Source: Octopus vulgaris (lineage: Eukaryota). Taken from it: a stretch of DNA of 5,937 bases. The stretch is from positions 1-5,937 of the forward strand of contig CATOCA020000097.1 in NCBI GenBank assembly GCA_951406725.2, written 5' to 3'. Both the position numbers and the translations under genes were made by a program. The notes beneath the pieces were generated by a model. It was not told the origin of the DNA. It searched no databases and was given only the letters and a program-made list of their open reading frames with translations. Below are positions 1-5,937 of the stretch, in pieces; the first letter of the stretch is position 1; each line of letters opens with the position of its first letter.

Positions 1-275
1 TAACTGCTAATAGCAAATAAAAAAGTTAGTGAAAGAAAAGTTTGAATTTGAAGGTCAACATGATTATCTCCAGTTTGAAGTGGGAATGTGAAATATTTCC
101 ATTGTTCACGAGAGAAAGTAAGCGAGGGATAGGGCTGGGGAGGTGCGATTTATATATAAGGCACTGTTTATCACAAACATGGGTACATACATTTATATAT
201 CACATACAAATGGAAACATATGCATACACACACACGTAATTTGAGTGCTTATGACTTCATATGTAAAATCTTTAA

Positions 276-486
276 CCCTTTCATTACCATATTTCAGCTG
301 AAATACCCTGCCTTTAAGTCAATTCATTTCAAAAATAATGAAGAATTTAATGAAATAACTTTTTTTGTTATTAAACTACTTCTTGGAACATGAATTCATG
401 TGAAATTTTGATGGAAGATAATTTTAAACAGAAATTTTGTGTCCTAGAACTGGGTGCAGCCTCAGATGGGTTGGAATCCAAAAAGG
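276..486. mobile_element. Decayed piggyBac-like MITE, copy A
   Basis: TTAA (272-275) precedes CCCTTTCATTACC; the right end GGAATCCAAAAAGG (473-486) is followed by TTGA, a degenerate TTAA. TTAA target plus CCC...GGG termini is the piggyBac signature. No ORF. Internal and terminal motifs recur at 865-1105. Confidence 0.7.
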
Positions 487-864
487 TTGAATTGCTCAAA
501 GAAGTTTAGAATTGATTATAGGTTAATATAGAGGTTGTCCTTTAAAGTAATAGCATGATATAATATTATATAGTTACATCTATATGAAACCATGGTACAG
601 ATTTAACGAACCAGTTAATGATAACAGATAAGAGAGAAGAATTGGTGTTGATTGCAGTTTTACTTAATTTATTTAGGATTAAGAGTAAGAGAAGGAGCCA
701 TAAACAACCACCAGTCTATATCAAATCACAAATTCTTGTACTCCCTGGTAGCTGAAATCTAGAGAGAAGCAAGATAGAGTAGACCTGAGTTCTAATCCTT
801 GATTCCATATATTTTATTAGGAATGAACATCTAACTAGCAGTATACAACAGAATGACTATTTAA

Positions 865-1105
865 GCCTTTAGTGACTATACATATTACTTCTAATTAGAA
901 TACTGTATGTGTTTTTGTGTTTCAATTAATTAGGAATACAATGAAGATTTGGGAGTTAAGTAAAATGTGTGTGTGTGTGTGTGTCTCTCTCTCTCATAGT
1001 TGGTAGTCTGAAATATAATAGTTATCTTATAAAATCTTAAAGACACTTAATTTAAATACAGATGCCTTAATAGGAGCAGTCACAGAAGGGCTGGTATTTA
1101 AAGGA
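865..1105. mobile_element. More decayed copy B of the same piggyBac-like MITE
   Basis: Flanked by TTAA at 861-864 and 1106-1109; ends gCCTTTA...TAAAGGa are inverted. TCAATTAATTAGGAATACAATGAAGATTT resembles TCAATTCATTTCAAAAATAATGAAGAATTT of copy A. The end GGAGCAGTCACAGAAGGGCTGGTATTTAAAGG resembles GGTGCAGCCTCAGATGGGTTGGAATCCAAAAAGG. Confidence 0.6.
966..995. repeat. Compound microsatellite (TG)9(TC)6
   Basis: Read directly; lies inside MITE copy B. Confidence 0.95.
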
Positions 1106-1657
1106 TTAAATATTTTTCAACTCTGCATGACTGCATGTGTGTATGGTGGCAAATGTTACCATTTTTAGGAAACTTAATAATAGTGTTCAGCAGTTAACTC
1201 CAAAACCTTTTGCTGACAGAACCCATCTACTGTTAATGTACACAGAACCTTACAACAGTCCAAGTCACAACCCTACAATGGCCTGTATAGTTACATCACC
1301 ACTGTCTTTGTAGTTAGACCTAAAGTATCACACTAGCACTTTCTACAGCATGGCTGGTTAAAGATTAATAACCTTGACAAGTACAGAATTTGTGCAAGTG
1401 TTTGCGTGAATAACTTTGGTTACTTGTTGATCGTCACATTAATAAATATTACTGCTATAAACTGATGCTACCAAAGGCGGTTCAACTGCAGCCATTTCCT
1501 GTTACAAGTAAAATTCTACCATGTTTGTTGTCAGAATGTTCTTTTGAATGTTTGCTTGTTGAACCCTTCCACATCATTTTAGTTTTTTTTATATCGAAGA
1601 GGATTTAAATATATGGCTTCATTGGATGAGTCAAAAGTGAAAAAGAAGGGGAAAAGG

Positions 1658-1672
1658 AAAAAAAAAAAAAAA
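1658..1672. repeat. Poly-A run (A15)
   Basis: Read directly, at the end of a purine-rich tract. Confidence 0.9.
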
Positions 1673-1691
1673 GCAAAATATTGATTTTTAC

Positions 1692-1865
1692 CTCCATGCC
1701 CATGTGATACGCACAGAGCAAAATATCGAAAGAGGTATCATGAGGATGTTTGTCTTGGCCAAGAGTACACAACATTTTGTTTAGGTTTTTTAGATCATCC
1801 TTTAAGTTAGATGTTATGGTTTTATCTGCAGACCAACATGCTGAGGAGGTATCAATTATATTTTT
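1692..1865 (-). other. Weak candidate internal coding exon (174 nt, phase 0-0)
   Basis: Minus strand ttgtAG | 58 open codons KNIIDTSSACWSADKTITSNLKDDLKNLNKMLCTLGQDKHPHDTSFDILLCAYHMGME | GTAAAA. The polypyrimidine tract is poor and I do not recognise the peptide. Confidence 0.2.
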
Positions 1866-1892
1866 CTACAAGCTCCAGATGTGTTTTAATGC

Positions 1893-2090
1893 CATCATCA
1901 TCATCATCCACTTTCTATGCTAGCTTATGGGTTGACACAGTCCAGTGTCCTTAATCAGAGTTAAAGGCCTCCAGTATGGGTCTGAGAATCACGTGTCACT
2001 CATGTTTCATTTTTCGTTTGGCTTCTACAGCTGGATACTATTCCTATCAACCACTTTACAGAGTGTACTGGGTGTATCTTTTTATGAGAC
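1893..2090 (-). mobile_element. Old decayed 3' end of an RTE-related element (LINE remnant or partner SINE)
   Basis: (CAT)5 tail at 1893-1907, then CCACTTTCTATGCTAGC, similar to CCATTTTCCGTGCTAGC near 2668. Block 2023-2086 TTCTACAGCTGGATAC...CAACCACT...GAGTGTACTGGGTG...CTTTTTATG matches 2756-2818. Confidence 0.75.
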
Positions 2091-2628
2091 AAATACAAGG
2101 GAGAGTGCTTCGCATCATGTAAGGCATGAGAGTTCTCACTACCCTATGATATGTCCATACTCTTTGTGTAATGTACACATGGAGTTGAATTGAAGAGAGA
2201 GAGTAGTAATAGAAGAATCAAGAAGGATAGGCCAAGGCTGCAAAAACAGAGGGATGAGAGAAAATAGTAAGGGTAGAGATGATTAAGGGTGAATAGGGTT
2301 GAAGGTGTTCAGTGGTAAGATGTTAATATGGAGAGAATCGCGGAAGAAAGAATGAGGGCTTAGAGTACAGAAAGTGCAATGGAACATAACAGGTTTTATT
2401 TTCCATTAATGACAGAGGCAGAATTAATACAACAGAAGAGAGTATGGATGGAGAGTATGTAAAAGAATGAGTGACTGAATGATGAACAATAGGATGATGA
2501 GAGGGTTACAAAAACAGGGCAGTTGAGGTAGACTTGACAAGGACATATTGGAAGAGAGACACTTATATGCAACACACACACCCATACACAAAAATATACA
2601 CACATACATGCAGACACATGAAGATAGG

Positions 2629-2650
2629 TATATATATATATATATATATA
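2629..2650. repeat. (TA)11 microsatellite abutting the RTE 3' tail
   Basis: Read directly; preceded by a degenerate CA-rich tract (about 2570-2620). Confidence 0.95.
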
Positions 2651-2805
2651 TCATCATCGTTTAACGTCCATTTTCCGTGCTAGCATGGTTTGGATGGTTC
2701 GACCGGGGTCTGGGAAGCCAGGGCTGCACCAGGCCCCAGTCTGATCTGACATTGTTTCTACAGCTGGATGCCCTTCCTAACGCCAACCACTCCGCGAGTG
2801 TAGTG

Positions 2806-3160
2806 GGTGCTTTTTATGTGCCACCTGCACAGGTGCCAGGGGAGTCCGGCATCGGCTACGATTGGTTGGTGCTTTTAACGTGCCACCGGCACGGAAGCCA
2901 GCCAAGGTGGTGCTGGCATCGGCCATGTTTGGGTGGTGCTTTATGTGCTACCGGCACTGAAGCCAGTCGAGGCGGCGCTGGCATCGGCCACGTTTGGATG
3001 GTGCTTTTTATGTTCCACTGGCACAGAAGCCAGTCGAGGCGGCGCTGGCATCGGCCACGTTCGGATGGTGCTTTATGTGCCACTGACACAGAAGCCAGTC
3101 GAGGCGGCGCTGGCAACGGCCACGTTCGGATGGTGCTTTTTATGTACCACCGGCACAGGT
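2806..3160. repeat. Tandem minisatellite in the RTE 3'UTR: 5 full units plus 1 partial
   Basis: Units start at GGTGCTTT: 2806 (62 bp), 2868 (67), 2935 (65), 3000 (67), 3067 (65), 3132 (partial). Approximate consensus GGTGCTTTTTATGTGCCACCGGCACAGAAGCCAGTCGAGGCGGCGCTGGCATCGGCCACGTTCGGAT. Confidence 0.95.
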
Positions 3161-3275
3161 ATCACAACTACTATTTCCATTGATATTTATTTCGATGTTC
3201 ATGTACTTGACTCAACAGGTCTCCTCAAGCACAGCAGGATGTTCTGGAATCCAAGGTACTTTGAATGAGCAAGGG

Positions 3276-3898
3276 CTATGCAGAACTGGTGCAGGAAGCA
3301 GCCCGGGTCTTTGCAGTCACAGCATATCTCCAGAGATCTCGGTCCTTTGTCATTGTCTCTGTGAGGCCCAACGCTCTGAGGTCATGCTTGACTACCACAT
3401 CCCATGTCTTCCTAGGTCTACCTCTCCCCCTGATACCTTCAACTGTTTGGGAGTGGCACTTCTTCACACATCTCTCCTCATCCATCCGCAGTACATGACC
3501 ATACCACACTACATCTGATGCTTCTTATGTCCAGCGTTTCTCTCAGGGTGCTTACACTCTGTCGTGCGCGCACACTGACGTTACACATCCAGCGGATCAT
3601 GCTAGCTTCATTCCTTTCAAGTCTACGCATGTCCTCTGCAGTCACAGCCCATGTTTCACTACCGTGAAGCATGGCAGTTCGCACACATGCGTCATACAAT
3701 CTACCCTTCACTTTGAGCAAGAGACCTTTTGTCACCAGTAGGGGTAGGAGCTTTCTGAACTTTGCCCAGGCTATTCGTATTCTAGTGGTGACACTCTCTG
3801 AGCATCCCCCTCCACTACTAACTTGGTCACCCAGGTAGCGGAAACTATCAACTACTACTAGTTTCTCTCCCTGGAGTGTGATGGAATCTGTTTTCTGA

Positions 3899-3900
<2 letters not shown>
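3276..3900 (-). pseudogene. RTE reverse transcriptase ORF2 C-terminal fragment (end of RT plus C-terminal region), frameshifted
   Basis: The part of ORF 3478..4245 below 3900 (TQKTDSITLQGEKLVVVDSFRYLGDQVSSGGGCSESVTTRIRIAWAKF...IRSIRCSV) continues in another frame as ORF 3276..3509 (WYGHVLRMDEERCVKK...GRGRPRKTWDVVVKHDL...stop). Frameshift near 3505. The YADD catalytic region and endonuclease are absent. Confidence 0.92.

Positions 3901-3931
<31 letters not shown>
3900..3931. repeat. (TA)16 microsatellite between RTE copies 1 and 2
   Basis: Read directly. Confidence 0.95.
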
Positions 3932-3935
<4 letters not shown>

Positions 3936-4177
3936 CATAATCGTTTAACGTTGTTTTCCATGCTAGCATGGGTTGGATGGTTCGACCGGGGTCTGGGAAG
4001 CCAGGAGGCTGCACCAGGCTCCAGTCTGATCTGGCAGTGTTTCTACAGCTGGATGCCCTTCTTATTGCAACCACTCCGTGAGTGTAGAGGGTGCTTTTTA
4101 CGTGCCACCGGCATGGGTGCCAGGCGAAGCTGGCAATGGCCACAATCAGTTGGTGCTTTTTACGTGCCACCGGCACG
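3932..4177 (-). mobile_element. Short 3'-end copy (about 245 bp) of the same RTE family, copy 2
   Basis: Colinear with 2650-2893, including a 33-bp identical block TTGGATGGTTCGACCGGGGTCTGGGAAGCCAGG (2690-2722 and 3973-4005). Contains one 62-bp unit (4090-4151) and the first 26 bp of the next (4152-4177). Confidence 0.92.
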
Positions 4178-4212
4178 ACACACACACACAGACACACACA
4201 CACACACACACA
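4178..4212. repeat. (AC)n microsatellite with one interruption
   Basis: Read directly. Confidence 0.95.
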
Positions 4213-4302
4213 GTGAAACAGAAATTCTTTTGTTTCTGGAGGCATAGGTATGTTGTGTGAACCTGCACCTAAATATATTTCTGTGAATATAATTCTTTTC
4301 TA

Positions 4303-4519
4303 AGGCAGTGAGTTGGCAGAAACGTTAGCGTGCCAGGTGAAACGCTTAGCGATATTTCGTCTGTCTTTACATTCTGAGTTCAAATTCCGCCGAGATCAAC
4401 TTTGCCTATCATCCTTTCCAGGTCGATAAATTAAGTACCAGTTGCGTACTAGGGTCAATCTAATCGACTGCCACCACCCACCAAAAAAAAATTTCGGGTT
4501 TTGTGCCTAGAGTAGAAAG
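4303..4519 (+). mobile_element. Apparently full-length tRNA-derived SINE with 15-bp target-site duplication
   Basis: A-box-like TGGCAGAAACG (4314-4324) and B-box-like GTTCAAATTCC (4378-4388). TSD TATAATTCTTTTCTA (4288-4302) versus TATAATTATTTTCTA (4520-4534), 14/15 identical. The central GCCTATCATCCTTTCCAGGTCGATAAATTAAGTACCAG resembles, from memory, the conserved Meta-type SINE core and an abundant Octopus SINE. Confidence 0.88.
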
Positions 4520-4664
4520 TATAATTATTTTCTATACCTTCTTCAGAAAATAATTTGGTTGCTCATACATTAATAGCTTTCTGAATTACTTAACAATTAG
4601 TGGGCAAGACATAATGTAGCTACAATTTATAGCTCACAAATCTTAGTTTTAGTAAAGGATTTAC

Positions 4665-4830
4665 AATCAACATCACCATTGCTCTTATATCTTTCCAAGC
4701 TGACATAGGCTGGCTGGGTTTGCAATGTATTCTAATACTGTGCCTTAATCCCTTGTGAAACAATTTCTCAAATTTATCATATATGATTCTTCCCAGGTCT
4801 TCTCTTGTTTACTTTTGCCAACTTACAACA
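4665..4830 (-). mobile_element. Very decayed RTE-like 3' remnant
   Basis: Degenerate CAT-like tail CAATCAACATCACCAT. 4692-4720 TTTCCAAGCTGACATAGGCTGGCTGGGTT matches 3955-3982 at 22 of 29 aligned positions. TCTTCCCAGGTCT (4788-4800) resembles TCTTCCTAGGTCT in the RPRKTW-coding region near 3410. Confidence 0.4.
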
Positions 4831-5623
4831 CCTTTTTTTTTTTACTCAGTTTTACTGCTCACATATATTAAACTCAAGCCAACTATCTTCTGCAGGCATT
4901 TACCAATATATTTAGTGTCCAGCTAGTTTCTTTAGCAAAATATTGCTAATATAGTTGAGCATAGAAATAACACAGAACTGCTGGGACCACAGGAAAAATT
5001 GTTTAGTTTAATCAATACTGAATAAATATATGAAATCTTACTTGAATAATTTGTTGCAAACAAGTAATAGCCAAAGAAATGTAAACACCTACATTGTTGG
5101 CTTGATTTTATAAGTAATTGTAATATAATATACATATATATACAATGGTATCTAACAAAAGGGAAGGTGGAAAATAGAAGCTAATACTACAATCATATTT
5201 GGAAAATAGTAAAGGAGCAGGGTCTTATGTAAAAAGCAAAATTAGAACACTTTCAAGGAAGAACTGAAACCTGATTCCAGGGATTAATTTGTCAGAAACC
5301 CAGCACATGACAAATGCTAATGAACTAAAATGTAACAAGAGTTCGTTTAAACTTTGTTGCTGCCATTACAAAGAATCAATGTTGAGAAGTATGTAGAAAT
5401 CATTCTTGTGTTGCAATGAATTTGATTTATTTATCTTTTTCTTATATTTACTAAGTTTATCATTTTTCTTTATTGAAAGATGATAACATGTTTTAGTCTT
5501 GGGAGACTAACATCAACCAATCTTGGCACATTTTATTGGAAATTTAGAAAATTATATAAACTGAATTTGTCTGATGTCAATGGGAAAGTGACTAAAAAAG
5601 AAAAAGAAACAAATGACAAACAA

Positions 5624-5672
5624 GTGTGTGTGTGTGCATGCTTATGAATATATGTGTATATGTATGTGTGCA
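5624..5672. repeat. (GT)6 plus degenerate alternating purine-pyrimidine tract
   Basis: Read directly; similar low-complexity TA/CA tracts occur at about 180-236 and 5835-5937. Confidence 0.8.
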
Positions 5673-5937
5673 ACAGTCACTAATGAATGCACTTAATTAA
5701 ACATTTTGCACCAAAAAAAACACAAAAAGAAATTAATGCTGACATAAAATACATTAAACTTGAAATAAACTACGATGGAAAAGCAAACTTCATACTAATA
5801 TCTGATTGATAAAAAGAGGAAACAAATTACACTTGCATGTACATATGAATGTGCTGAATATATATATCTATATATATTTATATAAATAGCTACATACACA
5901 AAAAATATTATCTAAATGAATACACATGTAATTATAT

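Larger units (their letters stand above)
2650..3900 (-). mobile_element. 5'-truncated RTE-clade non-LTR retrotransposon (LINE), copy 1
   Basis: Minus-strand ORF2 C-terminal motifs (FRYLG, LYDACVRTAMLHGSETW, WYGHVLRM, RGRGRPRKTW, DRDLWR), about 625 nt of 3'UTR, and a ...GTTAAACGATGATGAT short-repeat tail. (TA)n flanks both sides. Confidence 0.93.

Noticed and set aside
1194-1368. Possible third TTAA-flanked MITE
   Set aside because: TTAA occurs at both ends and there is a vague resemblance to a recalled octopus MITE, but the termini are not convincingly inverted and there is no second copy in the window.
1385-1512. Possible decayed SINE 3' half
   Set aside because: Only faint recalled similarity; no A/B boxes or TSD can be shown.
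1613-1684. Short lysine-rich reading MASLDESKVKKKGKRKKKKKAKY
   Set aside because: The lysine run comes from a poly-A tract; too short and unsupported.
42-2657. Short ORFs 42..239, 1945..2193, 2396..2617, 2424..2657 (also 4932..5135)
   Set aside because: Low-complexity or repeat-derived, with no recognisable motifs.
2806-3157. Repeat unit as a known ribozyme (hammerhead, twister, pistol, HDV-like)
   Set aside because: No CUGANGA/GAAA core. The stem followed by UAAAAAG resembles pistol only superficially, and I could not build the remaining helices of any known class.
2806-3160. CRISPR-like appearance: a palindromic 26-bp repeat recurring every 62-67 bp
   Set aside because: The intervening segments are near-identical rather than unique spacers, there are no cas genes, the context is eukaryotic, and the array lies in a LINE 3'UTR.
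2677-3518. ORFs 2677..3183, 2856..3116, 2933..3268, 3180..3518 and 3265..3498 as genes
   Set aside because: By-products of the GC-rich tandem repeat or antisense frames of the RT remnant.
3901-4260. N-terminal part of ORF 3478..4245 and ORFs 3951..4247 and 4078..4260
   Set aside because: They read through microsatellites (CVCV, IYIY, THTH) and the non-coding copy 2; the in-frame fusion to the RT fragment looks accidental.
4303-4390. Functional tRNA gene
   Set aside because: A/B-box-like motifs are present but there is no cloverleaf, and it continues into a SINE body bounded by TSDs.

Overview
AT-rich, repeat-dense eukaryotic non-coding DNA (intronic or intergenic). The repeat families and microsatellite style look cephalopod, probably Octopus; this is inferred from recalled repeat consensuses, not from a search. 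The core is a minus-strand, 5'-truncated, frameshifted RTE-clade LINE (about 2650-3900) encoding the C-terminal part of ORF2. Its 3'UTR carries a tandem array of 62-67 bp units. A second short 3' end of the same family (3932-4177) sits in the same (TA)n/(CA)n microsatellite, and two older decayed 3' ends lie at about 1893-2090 and 4665-4830, all in the same orientation. Also present are a tRNA-derived SINE with a 15-bp TSD (4303-4519), two decayed TTAA-flanked piggyBac-like MITEs (276-486, 865-1105) and several microsatellites. No intact host gene is evident, only a weak exon candidate at 1692-1865. The most interesting observation is that each 3'UTR repeat unit can fold on the element's sense RNA into a compact H-type pseudoknot, and the short copy is truncated exactly at the 5' base of one such module.
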